Below are positions 30,621 through 45,335 of a DNA stretch of 64,000 nucleotides, piece after piece. The notes below the pieces were generated by a model. That model saw nothing but the letters and a program-made list of their open reading frames with translations. It searched no databases and was not told the DNA's origin. Position 1 is the stretch's first letter. Every line of letters starts with the position of its first letter. Origin of the DNA: Phyllobates terribilis (Eukaryota); the NCBI RefSeq assembly GCF_046119375.1, contig NW_027362769.1, positions 366,482,001 to 366,546,000 on the forward strand, given 5' to 3'. The position numbers were made by a program, and so were the translations under genes.

Positions 30621-33600
30621 CTAGATGGTGGCCCGATTCTAACGCATCGGGTATTCTAGAATAGGTATGCGGCCGACCGGGCGCAATCAGCAGAGCGGTA
30701 TTTAAATTTGGCGCCAAAATCGCTGATTGGTCGAGGCCGGCAACCGCGACCAATTAGCAAAGTGGTGTTAAAATTTGGCGCCTATATCGCAGATTTGTCA
30801 CTGCCGGCGGTCGCGACTAATCAGCAGAGCGGGGTTTAAATTTGGCGCCAATAATGCTGATTGGTCGCGGCCGGCGGTCGCGACCAATCAGCAGAGCGTT
30901 ATTTAAATTTGTCGCCAATAATGGTGATTGGTCACGGCCGCGACTAATCAGCAGAGCAGTGTTTAAATTTGTCGCCAATAATGCTGGTTATTCGTGACCG
31001 GTAACCGCGACCAATGAGCAGAGCGGTGTTTAAATATGGCGCCAATATCGCTTAATGGTCACGGCCGGCCACCACGACCAATCAGCGAAGCGGTGTTTAA
31101 ATTTGGCGCCAAAATCGCTGATTGGTCGCGCCCGGCGGTCGCGACCAATCAGCAGAGCGGGGTTTAAATTTTGCGCCAATACTGCTGATTGTTCGCGGCC
31201 GGTGACCGCGACCAATCAGCAGAGCGTTGTTTAAATTTGGCGCTAATCTCGCAGATTGGACGCGTCTGCCGTCCGCGACCAATAAGCAGAGAGTTGTATA
31301 AATTTGGCGCCAATCTCGCTGATTGGTCGCGTCTGGCGTCAGCGACCAATCAGCAGAGCGTTGTTTAAATTTGGCGCCAATCTCGCTGATTGGCGGCGGC
31401 TGGCAGCCGCGACCAATCAGCAGAGAGTTGATTAAATTTGGCGCCAATCTCGCTGATTGGTCGCGTCTGCCATCCGCGACTAATCAGCAGAGCGTTGTTT
31501 AAATTTGGCGGCAATCTCGCTGATTGGTCGCGGTGGCCGGCCGCGACCAATGAGCAGAGTGGCGTTTAAATTTGCCGCCCATCTCGCTGATTAATTGCAG
31601 CCGGCCACCGCTACCAATCAGCAGAGCGGCGTTTAAATTTGCCGGACATCTTGCTGATTGGTCGCGGCCGGCCACCGCGACCAATCAGCACAGCGGCGTT
31701 TAAATTTGCCGCCCATCTCGCTGATTGGTCGCGGTGGCCGGCCGCGATTAATCATCAGAGCGGCGTTTAAATTTGCCGCCCATCTCGCTGATTGGTCGCG
31801 GTAGCCGGCCGCGACCAATCAGCAGAGCGGCGTTTAAAATTGCCGCCCATCTCGCTGATTGGTCGCGGTGGCCGGCCGCGATTAATCAGCACAGCGGCGT
31901 TTAAATTTGCTGCCCATCTCGCTGATTGGTCGCGGTAGCCGGCCACCGCGACCAATCAGCAGAGCGGCGTTTAAATTTGCCGCCCATCTTGCTGATTGGT
32001 CACGGCCAGCCACCGCGACCAATCAGCAGAACGGCGTTTAAATTTGCCGCCCATCTCGCTCATTGGTCGCTGTGGCCGGCCGCGATTAATCAGCAGAGCG
32101 GCGTTTAAATTTCCCGGCCATCTCGCTGATTGGTCGCGGTAGCCGGCCGCGACCAATCAGCAGAGCGGCGTTTAAATTTGCCGCCCATCTCGCTGATTGG
32201 TCGCGGTGGCCGGCCGCGATTAATCAGCACAGCGGCGTTTAAATTTGCTGCCCATCTCGCTGATTGGTCGCGGTAGCCGGCCACCGCGACCAATCAGCAG
32301 AGCCTCGTTTAAATTTGCCACCCATCTCGCTCATTGGTCACGGCCGGCCACCGCGACCAATCAACAGAACGGCGTTTAAATTTGCCGCCCATCTCGCTCA
32401 TTGGTCACGTCCGGCCACCGCGACCAATCAGCAGAACGGCGTTTAAATTTGCCGCCCATCTCGCTCATTGGTCGCTGTGGCCGGCCGCGACCAATCAGCA
32501 CAGCGGCGTTTAAATTTGCCGCCCATCTCGCTAATTGGTCACGGCCGGCCACCGCAACCAATCAGCACAGCGGTGTTTAAATTTGCCTCCCATCTCGCTG
32601 ATTGGTCGCTGCAGCCACCGCGACCAATCAGCAGAGCGGCGTTTAAATTTGACGCCCATCTCGCTGATTGGTCGCGGCCGGCCACCGCGACCAATCAGCA
32701 GTGGGGCGTTTAAATTTGCCGCCCATCTCGCTGATTGGTCGCGGTCGGCCGGCCACCGCGACCAATCAGCAGAGCGGCGTTTAAATTCGCCGCCCATCTC
32801 GCTGATTGGTCGCGGTAGCCGGCCACCGTAACCAATCAGCAGAGCGGTGTTTAAATTTGCCGCCCATCTCGCTCATTGGTCACTCCCGGCCACCGCGACC
32901 AATCAGCAGAGCGGCGTTTAAATTTGCCGCCCATCTCGCTCATTGGTCACTCCCGGCCACCGCGACCAATCAGCAGAACGGCGTTTAAATTTGCCGCCCA
33001 TCTCGCTCATTGGTCACGTCCGGCCACCGCGACCAATCAGCAGAACGGCGTTTAAATTTGCCGCCCATCTCGCTCATTGGTCGCTGTGGCCGGCCGCGAT
33101 TAATCAGCAGAGCGGCGTTTAAATTTCCCGGCCATCTCGCTGATTGGTCGCGGTGGCCGGCCGCGACCAATCAGCACAGCGGCGTTTAAATTTGCCGCCC
33201 ATCTCGCTAATTGGTCACGGCCGGCCACCGCAACCAATCAGCACAGCGGTGTTTAAATTTGCCTCCCATCTCGCTGATTGGTCGCTGCAGCCACCGCGAC
33301 CAATCAGCAGAGCGGCGTTTAAATTTGCCGCCCATCTCGCTGATTGGTCGCGGCCGGCCACCGCGACCAATCAGCAGTGGGGCGTTTAAATTTGCCGCCC
33401 ATCTCGCTGATTGGTCGCGGTCGGCCGGCCACCGCGACCAATCAGCAGAGCGGCGTTTAAATTTGCCGCCCATCTCGCTGATTGGTCGCGGTAGCAGGCC
33501 ACCGTGACCAATCAGCAGAGCGGTGTTTAAATTTGCCGCCCATCTCGCTCATTGGTCACTCCCGGCCACCGCGACCAATCAGCAGAGCGGCGTTTAAATT

Positions 33601-34459
33601 TGCCGCCCATCTCGCTCATTGGTCACTCCCGGCCACCGCGACCAATCAGCAGAGCGGCGTTTAAATTTGCCGCCCATCTCGCTTATTGGTCGCTGTGGCC
33701 GGCCGCGATTAATCAGCACAGCGGCGTTTAAATTTCCCCGCCATCACGCTGATTGGTCGCGGTGACCGGCCGCGACCAATCAGCACAGCGGCGTTTAAAT
33801 TTGCCTCCCATCTCGCTGATTGGTCGCGGCCGGCCACTGCGACCAATCAGCACAGCGGCGTTTAAATTTGCCGCCCATCTAGCTGATTGGTCGCGGTCGG
33901 CCGGCCACCGCGACCAATCAGCAGAGCGGCGTTTAAATTTGCCGCCCATCTCGCTGATTGGTCGCGTATGGCCACAGCGACCAATCAGCGTCGTATTAGT
34001 GTGAGCCCGGGAGCGGCGCTGCTTGTGCGGCTCCGTATTAGCGAGGACCGGGGAGCGCCGCTGCCTGTGAGGCTCCATCTGCTGCGAGAAGCCGGGAGAT
34101 GAGCGACTGCTCGCAGCAGAAGCGTCCCGACCGGCGGCACCGCTCCCCGGTCCTCCGTTCACACTTGCTGTCGGGAGATCAACGGGCCAAGCCGCTGATC
34201 TTCCGACGTTAGCCGCATGGAGGTCAGCGGCGCCGGTCGGGGTAGTTGTGCTGCTAGCGCCGCTCATCTCCCCGCTGCATCGCCGCTGACCTCCGTCCGC
34301 CAGATGAGCCGCTAACGGCCGCCATCTTTTTTCAGAAATCCCGCGGCGCTGATTGGCCGCTGCCGGACCAATGAGCGACGCGGGATTTACAGGACAGACA
34401 AACAGAAAGACAGACATAAAGATAGACAGACAGATGGGATAAGACAATTATATAGTAGA
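30621..34459 (-). mobile_element. Non-autonomous Helitron with about 49 copies of the 67-bp satellite
   Basis: Reverse complement of the termini at 21856 and 23936; A/T target; hairpin plus CTAG. Confidence 0.9.
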
Positions 34460-35032
34460 TGTGACTCACATGTTTCTATCTGTCTAATCTATGTGTGATG
34501 CTCTATTCTTTCTGTTCTACCAAGGCTGTGACATTACAGTGAGTGGTAGACAATCCCTGTATGATTGGTGCTCTAAATAGCGCCAAACATGCAGTATTCG
34601 GCGAGCTCCCAGCATCTCGAGTACTGAGATGCTCGGCGAGTACCGAGCAGTGGCAAGCATGGTCGCTCATCACTAGTGTTCCCACATTCCACTGAGGCTG
34701 AGATCACCGAGGCTGATCAGCTGATCTTCAGCTTATGAACCCAAGTGACCTCACACTTGCAGCTGCAATGTATACTGGCAGTAGTGATTACACCCCTGTC
34801 AGTGTACATTGCTGTCTTCTACAGCAGTGACATCAGTGATTGCTGAAGTCACTGCTGTAGATGTGACCCGGATCGCCGAGGGACAATCTGGATTGCGTCA
34901 TGATAGCGGACATGTGAGGGATATGGTTTATGTTGCATGTTGGCGCCTTGCATATGTAAGGGGGTGTTGTTGCATTTCATTCCTCTTGCATGTAGAATTT
35001 GACTGATGCTGCATGTTGGGGGGCTTACACAC

Positions 35033-35890
35033 TTAAGGGGTGCATCTGGAATCATAATATCTGTTAAAGGGGCCCACTGAGACTCTTTCGCCCGGGGCCC
35101 ACAAAAACCTGGAGCCGGCCCTGGTGTGTATATACGATGAAGTGGGCGGATTAGCTTGATCCTGTGTTGGAGTTTGGGTTTCCTTTTTTATGTAATATTT
35201 TTTGAGAGCCAATTTTCTCATGAATTGTTTGATTCCAATAAAGGCCTGAAATTTGTTAAGGCCTATCGAGGGGGCAAACTTCAGGCCCTTATTAAGTAGG
35301 TTGATTTCATTGGGTTTTAGGTTGTGTTTACTTAGGTTAAAAATAGAATCACCTTTACTGTTTATCTCTTCTAATTGTTTCTTCTTTTTGGAGAATTGCC
35401 CTCCTCTACAGCCCCTTTGGCGCCTTTTCTTTGGGCCAACTGAAAAAAATTTGAGTTGCTGGCCCTTTTACTAATTTGTGGGTGTTGAGAGTTCGATCTG
35501 GTTCTCAAGCCGTTGTCTTGGGAGGCGGTAGGATATTGATTATTATTGCTAGGGTATTCATTAATTTTTTTCCAGTGGGTCAAAGCGGTTTTGTGTGTTA
35601 ATGGGCGTAAGTATTGGGGAGGTAGCTTCAGTGGAAGGTTGAGGGCTGGTTGTTGTGCCTCTATGGCCATCCAGTTGTGTTTGATGATAATAGTCTGGTG
35701 TTGGATGGGTGGAAAATCTGTCCTCTGATATTTGGGTGTCCGATGGTGGTGGACTGGCTATGGCCTCGTTCACAACTTCAAAAACTAATCCTTCCCGTAT
35801 GTGATATTGTGTGTTAATGTCTGGGATAGCGTCACGTCCAAATTTCAATCTTTTCAAATTTCTATACCGAGCAATGATTTTTAACTTCTT
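35033..35890 (-). pseudogene. Duplicate of the Penelope-like 5' fragment
   Basis: Copy of 28904-29760 with one coding change seen (GRDT vs GRDA). Confidence 0.7.
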
Positions 35891-36749
35891 GTAACCTACA
35901 TATTTAAATAAAATTGGACATTTTTAACATCTTCAATGTTATTTCTTGCCACATACCCTATACACTAGCGCAAGTTGTTTTATATATTTTTTATACTAAC
36001 ATTACGTTAAATAACATCCGCCTGGAATATAATCATATACACCTCTTGTAGAAAAACGATGCCCCCTGGAATGTTTGGTGGCCAGTGTGAACATGGGCCT
36101 ACACAGTGCATGCACATGCATTTATTTTCCACTTTTTCTCTTTAGGCTTCGGTTTCAGGATTTTTGCACTCTTTGCAAATAAAGGAGTGGTTTCCTTTTT
36201 CCTTGAGCTGGACATTACATTTGTATATTTCTCCATGGCTGGGTGTCCATTAGCCAGGTCTCAGGCCTTCTCATCCCTTATTAACATTACGTCACTTTAC
36301 ATACGTAAGGTTTTAATACTAGAGGTTAGGATTCCTTACCTTTCCATGGTTCCCAGGATGGCTTTAGCTCTGCTACATTGACATGACAGGCTGGATCGCA
36401 GCAGAACGCTGCCATCCAGTTTGCCATGCCGCAGACACTGAGAAGCTCCTCAGTGAAGCTCCTCAGTGTCTGGCTGTGACGGCATCCAGATGAGTCGAGT
36501 TCATGTCCCCCATTTTAATAGCTAGTAAAGGCTAGGTATTCAGCTGGGGGCTGATATTAGTAGCCTGGGAAGCTCCGTGGGAATTACCCCCTTCCCAGGC
36601 TTCAAACATCTGCCCCAGCCATCTGCTTAACCTCCGCTAGAGACTAAAATAACGGGGAACCCCACGCCAATTTTTTTTTTAATAAATCCTTTATTTTAAC
36701 ACTAAATGACAAGTACAGTAACCAACACTGTCACTGTACTTATTATATA

Positions 36750-39700
36750 CTAGATGGTGGCCCGATTCTAACGCATCGGGTATTCTAGAATAGGTATGCG
36801 GCCGACCGGGCGCAATCAGCAGAGCGGTATTTAAATTTGGCGCCAAAATCGCTGATTGGTCGAGGCCGGCAACCGCGACCAATTAGCAAAGTGGTGTTAA
36901 AATTTGGCGCCTATATCGCAGATTTGTCACTGCCGGCGGTCGCGACTAATCAGCAGAGCGGGGTTTAAATTTGGCGCCAATAATGCTGATTGGTCGCGGC
37001 CGGCGGTCGCGACCAATCAGCAGAGCGTTATTTAAATTTGTCGCCAATAATGGTGATTGGTCACGGCCGCGACTAATCAGCAGAGCAGTGTTTAAATTTG
37101 TCGCCAATAATGCTGGTTATTCGTGACCGGTAACCGCGACCAATGAGCAGAGCGGTGTTTAAATATGGCGCCAATATCGCTTAATGGTCACGGCCGGCCA
37201 CCACGACCAATCAGCGAAGCGGTGTTTAAATTTGGCGCCAAAATCGCTGATTGGTCGCGCCCGGCGGTCGCGACCAATCAGCAGAGCGGGGTTTAAATTT
37301 TGCGCCAATACTGCTGATTGTTCGCGGCCGGTGACCGCGACCAATCAGCAGAGCGTTGTTTAAATTTGGCGCTAATCTCGCAGATTGGTCGCGTCTGCCA
37401 TCCGCGACTAATCAGCAGAGCGTTGTTTAAATTTGGCGGCAATCTCGCTGATTGGTCGCGGTGGCCGGCCGCGACCAATGAGCAGAGTGGCGTTTAAATT
37501 TGCCGCCCATCTCGCTGATTAATTGCAGCCGGCCACCGCTACCAATCAGCAGAGCGGCGTTTAAATTTGCCGGACATCTTGCTGATTGGTCGCGGCCGGC
37601 CACCGCGACCAATCAGCACAGCGACATTTAAATTTGCCGCCCATCTCGCTGATTGGTCGCGGTGGCCGGCCGCGATTAATCATCAGAGCGGCGTTTAAAT
37701 TTGCCGCCCATCTCGCTGATTGGTCGCGGTGGCCGGCCGCGATTAATCAGCACAGCGGCGTTTAAATTTGCTGCCCATCTCGCTGATTGGTCGCGGTAGC
37801 CGGCCACCGCGACCAATCAGCAGAGCGGCGTTTAAATTTGCCGCCCATCTTGCTGATTGGTCACGGCCGGCCACCGCGACCAATCAGCAGAACGGCGTTT
37901 AAATTTGCCGCCCATCTCGCTCATTGGTCGCTGTGGCTGGCCGCGATTAATCAGCAGAGCGGCGTTTAAATTTCCCGGCCATCTCGCTGATTGGTCGCGG
38001 TAGCCGGCCGCGACCAATCAGCAGAGCGGCGTTTAAAATTGCCGCCCATCTCGCTGATTGGTCGCGGTGGCCGGCCGCGATTAATCAGCACAGCGGCGTT
38101 TAAATTTGCTGCCCATCTCGCTGATTGGTCGCGGTAGCCGGCCACCGCGACCAATCAGCAGAGCCTCGTTTAAATTTGCCACCCATCTCGCTCATTGGTC
38201 ACGGCCGGCCACCGCGACCAATCAGCAGAACGGCGTTTAAATTTGCCGCCCATCTCGCTCATTGGTCACGTCCGGCCACCGCGACCAATCAGCAGAACGG
38301 CGTTTAAATTTGCCGCCCATCTCGCTCATTGGTCGCTGTGGCCGGCCGCGATTAATCAGCAGAGCGGCGTTTAAATTTCCCGGCCATCTCGCTGATTGGT
38401 CGCGGTGGCCGGCCGCGACCAATCAGCACAGCGGCGTTTAAATTTGCCGCCCATCTCGCTGATTGGTCACGGCCGGCCACCGCGACCAATCAGCAGAACG
38501 GCGTTTAAATTTTCCGCCCATCTCGCTCATTGGTCGCTGTGGCTGGCCGCGATTAATCAGCAGAGCGGCGTTTAAATTTCCCGGCCATCTCGCTGATTGG
38601 TCGCGGTAGCCGGCCGCGACCAATCAGCAGAGCGGCGTTTAAAATTGACGCCCATCTCGCTGATTGGTCGCGGTGGCCGGCCGCGATTAATCAGCACAGC
38701 GGCGTTTAAATTTGCTGCCCATCTCGCTGATTGGTCGCGGTAGCCGGCCACCGCGACCAATCAGCAGAGCCTCGTTTAAATTTGCCACCCATCTCGCTCA
38801 TTGGTCACGGCCGGCCACCGCGACCAATCAGCAGAACGGCGTTTAAATTTGCCGCCCATCTCGCTCATTGGTCACGTCCGGCCACCGCGACCAATCAGCA
38901 GAACGGCGTTTAAATTTGCCGCCCATCTCGCTCATTGGTCGCTGTGGCCGGCCGCGATTAATCAGCAGAGCGGCGTTTAAATTTCCCGGCCATCTCGCTG
39001 ATTGGTCGCGGTGGCCGGCCGCGACCAATCAGCACAGCGGCGTTTAAATTTGCCGCCCATCTCGCTAATTGGTCACGGCCGGCCACCGCAACCAATCAGC
39101 ACAGCGGTGTTTAAATTTGCCTCCCATCTCGCTGATTGGTCGCTGCAGCCACCGCGACCAATCAGCAGAGCGGCGTTTAAATTTGCCGCCCATCTCGCTG
39201 ATTGGTCGCGGCCGGCCACCGCGACCAATCAGCAGTGGGGCGTTTAAATTTGCCGCCCATCTCGCTGATTGGTCGCGGTCGGCCGGCCACCGCGACCAAT
39301 CAGCAGAGCGGCGTTTAAATTCGCCGCCCATCTCGCTGATTGGTCGCGGTAGCCGGCCACCGTGACCAATCAGCAGAGCGGTGTTTAAATTTGCCGCCCA
39401 TCTCGCTCATTGGTCACTCCCGGCCACCGCGACCAATCAGCAGAGCGGCGTTTAAATTTGCCGCCCATCTCGCTCATTGGTCACTCCCGGCCACCGCGAC
39501 CAATCAGCAGAGCGGCGTTTAAATTTGCCGCCCATCTCGCTTATTGGTCGCTGTGGCCGGCCGCGATTAATCAGCACAGCGGCGTTTAAATTTCCCGGCC
39601 ATCACGCTGATTGGTCGCGGTGACCGGCCGCGACCAATCAGCACAGCGGCGTTTAAATTTGCCTCCCATCTCGCTGATTGGTCGCGGCCGGCCACTGCGA

Positions 39701-40317
39701 CCAATCAGCACAGCGGCGTTTAAATTTGCCGCCCATCTCGCTGATTGGTCACGGTCGGCCGGCCACCGCGACCAATCAGCAGAGCGGCGTTTAAATTTGC
39801 CGCCCATCTCGCTGATTGGTCGCGTATGGCCACTGCGACCAATCAGCGTCGTATTAGTGTGAGCCCGGGAGCGGCGCTGCTTGTGCGGCTCCGTATTAGC
39901 GAGGACCGGGGAGCGCCGCTGCCTGTGAGGCTCCATCTGCTGCGAGAAGCCGGGAGATGAGCGACTGCTCGCAGCAGAAGCGTCCCGACCGGCGGCACCG
40001 CTCCCCGGTCCTCCGTTCACACTTGCTGTCGGGAGATCAACGGGCCAAGCCGCTGATCTTCCGACGTTAGCCGCATGGAGGTCAGCGGCGCCGGTCGGGG
40101 TAGTTGTGCTGCTAGCGCCGCTCATCTCCCCGCTGCATCGCCGCTGACCTCCGTCCACCAGATGAGCCGCTAACGGCCGCCATCTTTTTTCAGAAATCCC
40201 GCGGCGCTGATTGGCCGCTGCCGGACCAATGAGCGACGCGGGATTTCCAGGACAGACAAACAGAAAGACAGACATAAAGATAGACAGACAGATGGGATAA
40301 GACAATTATATAGTAGA
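36750..40317 (-). mobile_element. Non-autonomous Helitron with about 45 copies of the 67-bp satellite
   Basis: Same termini and flanks as 30621-34459. Confidence 0.9.
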
Positions 40318-41076
40318 TGTGACTCACATGTTTCTATCTGTCTAATCTATGTGTGATGCTCTATTCTTTCTGTTCTACCAAGGCTGTGACATTACAGTGA
40401 GTGGTAGACAATCCCTGTATGATTGGTGCTCTAAATAGCGCCAAACATGCAGTATTCGGCGAGCTCCCAGCATCTCGAGTACTGAGATGCTCGGCGAGTA
40501 CCGAGCAGTGGCAAGCATGGTCGCTCATCACTAGTGTTCCCACATTCCACTGAGGCTGAGATCGCCGAGGCTGATCAGCTGATCTTCAGCTTATGAACCC
40601 AAGTGACCTCACACTTGCAGCTGCAATGTATACTGGCAGTAGTGATTACACCCCTGTCAGTGTACATTGCTGTCTTCTACAGCAGTGACATCAGTGATTG
40701 CTGAAGTCACTGCTGTAGATGTGACCCGGATCGCCGAGGGACAATCTGGATTGCGTCATGATAGCGGACATGTGAGGGATATGGTTGTTTTTTTTTATTT
40801 TTAGTTATTTTACAAAAGATAGGGCTTCGGGGATTGAGCATATAATAAAAAAAAATATTAAAACAGCTTTCAGATGCCCCAGAAATTACATGAATGGGAA
40901 TGCTGATGAAAATTGGGTGAATTGGATTAGCTTACACCTAGCTCTTTTGTTTGGTGATGACAAAATGTCAATCAGACCCTGTCATTACCAAGCCTAAATA
41001 AAGTAAAGTAAAGAGTTAAATAAACACACAGACACAGAGTAAACACTTTATTTGAAATACAACAGACACATTCTGT

Positions 41077-41520
41077 TAAGGGAATCTGCCACCCCCTGGG
41101 AGATATCAGACCTCTACTATGGGCATACAGGTTGTAGAAAAGAAAATCTATACATACCTGTATGGCTCATAGTAGAGGCTTGATTGCAGAGAAAAGTGTT
41201 TTCATCTACTCTATTTTCCACAGGCTTGGCATCCCCCGGATGCCAATAAATCCCCACCTAACTGTATATTGTTCCCCAAAATATCCGCCTATATGGTTAG
41301 TTACCTTATTACCCCACTGCCCTACACGTCACACGGCCCTGTGATGTGCTCTGTTCTACCTCACTTCTCGGGCATGAGCAAAGTGCCGCTCACATAAGGC
41401 GCGCTTTGCTTCATCCTGGCGCCGTCCCTCTCTGCACTGCGCCGCAGGGTTCCATTGCGCAGGCACCGGGAAGTGATAGTTACTGCATACGCAATAACAG
41501 TATAGGAGACCCACTCTTTA
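41077..41520. mobile_element. Possible degenerate T2/Kolobok-like MITE
   Basis: Starts TTAAGGGAATCTGCCACC; weak matching end ...CACTCTTTAA. Confidence 0.3.
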
Positions 41521-41924
41521 ATAATGGGAACAACAAAGCATAGCCAGCTGATGGCTGATTCACTCTTTATATCCATGAAAGGAAACCGAAGCATCCCTGA
41601 CCCCGGGTCTTGTATTACAGAAAGCGGAGACTGCTCAACTAAAATCTCCAGACTAATGTATGGGATGTAAACGACCAATGATCGCTGAACACAAGCTGCT
41701 TTCCCGATATAGGTCGGTCATAGAACCTTGTGTTATATGGAGACAAAGAACAGAAAAGCCATCAGCCGCTGAGCGGGAACTTCAAACTCATGGACAAAAA
41801 GTCACGTGACCTGTGTAGGCTGCGTCTTATTGGTGTTTCCACAAGTCTGCTTCACATTGGCGGCTTCAGATCCATCCAATGATAAGGTAGGAGGTCGGGG
41901 CAGCGGTGGATAAAAAGCGACTGA

Positions 41925-42356
<432 letters not shown>

Positions 42357-42425
42357 TAAGCCTGTACATATAACAGGCGCCTCCAGCTCCGGCCTCAGTG
42401 TTTTGTTGTAGTTCCGCAGCACACG

Positions 42426-42660
42426 ATGGCAGAGACCGCACCAGCCGCCGCTCCCCCTCCCGCGGAACCGGCCGCCAAATCCAAGAAGCAGCCGAAGAAA
42501 TCCGCCGCCGGGGGCGTCAAAAAAAGCAAGAAGCCCTCCGGTCCCAGCGTCTCCGATCTGATCGTGAAAGCCGTGTCCGCCTCTAAGGAGCGCAGTGGGG
42601 TGTCTCTGGCCGCCCTGAAGAAGGCTCTGTCCGCCGGAGGATACGATGTAGGGAAGAACA
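42426..42660 (+). pseudogene. H1: 5' third of histone H1, fused to H4-upstream DNA
   Basis: [12 protein letters not shown]...GGYDVGKN, then sequence matching 56473 onward. Confidence 0.92.
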
Positions 42661-43473
42661 TTCGTGTAATCACCTTCCAGATCACAGTGTATTCTCCATT
42701 GGATATGGGACCACTGGAATGAGAATCAATCAGCTGCTCAGTGATTATGTTATTTATACGGTTCCTTTTTTATTTGACCAATCTGAGCTGTTGTCATTAT
42801 CTTCTACAGGAAGAATTCTGTTCCCAATTGATATCAGTACTGTCGTGCCATTATCGTTTGCAGGGAGAGACCCTCTGTAAGCCAGACTGAGGGGATTCCC
42901 GGCTTATGAGCTGGTGTCAGTATCGGAGCAGTGCTGCTGACCGCGGCTTCCTCCCTGCACTGTCCTTAGAAGAGGCAATAATCCTGGCTGCCACAATCCT
43001 CCTCAAATCACCGCACCCCAAGAGCAATTCTATCTGAAGTGACAAGCCCATCCTAGAAATGTCAGAGCTCAGTCAGGATCCTATAGATTAGCCGACGGGA
43101 GCAGCCAGAATGTCCCATGTAGATTGTACAGAATGCAAGGGATGATGAGGGGAGTAGTAAGGTGCGGAAATGACCCTTCCTGGACATTAGTGAATAGCAT
43201 GTTACGAATATGCTGGTATGATGGAAGTGGGGGTTAATCACTGTCAGTGCCGTTACAGGTATATTCAACAGTGATCTGAAGCTTCTATATGAAGTGTAGA
43301 TCACTTGCAGCTGGTGTCGTGTCTGCCCTTTTATTTATAGACTGTTTCTGAAACATTTCTCATCACAGGTAAAACATATATATTAGAAGCTGCGGAAACT
43401 GCACAATGAGCGGGAAATTCAAACTCCCCAACAGTTCTGTGTTCAGCCAATGAGCAGAGGAAGGAGGAGCTAA

Positions 43474-43911
<438 letters not shown>

Positions 43912-43943
43912 TTGTGTTCTCTGCTCCATCCTGACAACCCAAA

Positions 43944-43959
43944 GGCTCTTTTCAGAGCC
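43944..43959 (+). terminator. Histone 3' stem-loop (H4)
   Basis: GGCTCTTTTCAGAGCC followed by ACCACA and a purine-rich element. Confidence 0.96.
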
Positions 43960-45285
43960 ACCACATCTTCTAGATGAGAGGCTACAATCTCCTGTTGTGG
44001 AATAATTCTGTGCTTCTGTGAATGCCAGTGCAAGCTTTATACGCTGTTCATAAAGAATTAATGTTCACTCGTTTTTCAGAGCGAACTCAGAATACTGGCA
44101 CTGACGGGTTAACAGTTTCTTGTGGTTGGAACGATTTCTAGTCAATGACCGATTACGTCCTATACAGAAATCTGTAGATCTCCCGAGTTATGGAAGCAGT
44201 ATCCGCTTTCTGTAATACAAGGTACATTCCTGCTCCCATCAGTAGCGATGTTCCAAGTGTTGCTTGGAGAAAACCTTGAATGATGGTGAAGATTGTTCAC
44301 CCGAAAATAATTAATAATGGAGCCCACCCTCCTCTACGATCACTGTGATTGGGGTAAGCGGCTCTGCGCCGTACAGTGGGGTAGAACTTCCCCCAGACCA
44401 GATTGCGATCTCCCTACAAGCAGAGGAGCCGGTAATATGACAAAAGACAAAGAACGATTGAGCGGGAAATTCAAAACCACCAACGGATCTGTGATCAGCC
44501 AATGACTGACAGACATCCTCAGGCACCGATCAATACCGGATACAAGTATTTCTTCCACCGTTTAACTCTTTAGTAGCCGTGTGTCTGCTGATCCCCACTC
44601 CACACTTACACATGCTTTACAGAAGCGGTGTCTTCCCCAGACCCGGCGGCGATCAGGCTCCTGGTAGAACCTGTGAGACTTCTCCTTAGTCTGTGATCAG
44701 ATCGGCGCGAACACCACAGGGAATCAATGTAGATTAGTGGGTGAATGAGGAGCCTCCTGGATGTGTAGATGGAGCGGAGGATTGAATGGGGCTCGTAGAA
44801 CCCACTCCCAAAATAAGTCAGATTTTTAAAAGTTAGCTTTTCTAGAATTAGGACCTCGTCATCCTCAGGTGATCGGGGCAGATCTAAGCTCTTTCCTCAT
44901 ACATCCGGAGGTCCAGCAAGTTGTCTTTGTGCAAGATTGTAAACAGTTTAGCGAGGAAGGCTGTCAATTGTATGACTTACCTTATTAGCAGCCGCATTGT
45001 ATGTATGAAAAACTGGCTTCTCACGGGCCAGGACCCATGTTCACCCTTCCCCTCTTCAGTATAAACTAGATCACTGTCCAGCATGAGTAAATCAACCGCT
45101 GCGCTATAACAGGAGCAACATGTACGAGGACCAAGCTAGGAGTCCTCTGCAGCAAATCATACAGTGGAGCAAAGATCGTGTACACAGATAGATCTATATA
45201 CCGTCTGGTACACAGGTGTCAGCAGACCCTAGTGTGGACCATCGCCTGCTATCAGCGGTGCCGGCTCTTATGAGGAGGATGTGGT

Positions 45286-45301
45286 GGCTCTTAGAAGAGC
45301 C
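45286..45301 (-). terminator. Histone 3' stem-loop (H2A)
   Basis: GGCTCTTCTAAGAGCC on minus strand. Confidence 0.94.
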
Positions 45302-45335
45302 TTTGGTTGTTCGGACAGATGTGGAGGAGCGGCGC

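Larger units (their letters stand above)
28798..40786. repeat. Tandem duplication, units of 6129 and 5858 bp
   Basis: Identical ORFs at offset 6129 (e.g. 28904/35033); junction at 34927-34928; length difference (271 bp) lies entirely in the Helitron satellite. Confidence 0.95.

Noticed and set aside
30680-33985. CRISPR-like repeat-spacer appearance of the 67-bp arrays
   Set aside because: The 'spacers' are variants of one sequence, there are no cas genes, the context is eukaryotic and the arrays lie inside Helitron termini.
33728-34447. 239-aa ORF (also 39586-40305 and 21894-22457) and dozens of 60-aa ORFs in the arrays
   Set aside because: No Rep or helicase motifs; by-products of GC-rich repeats and alternative start codons.
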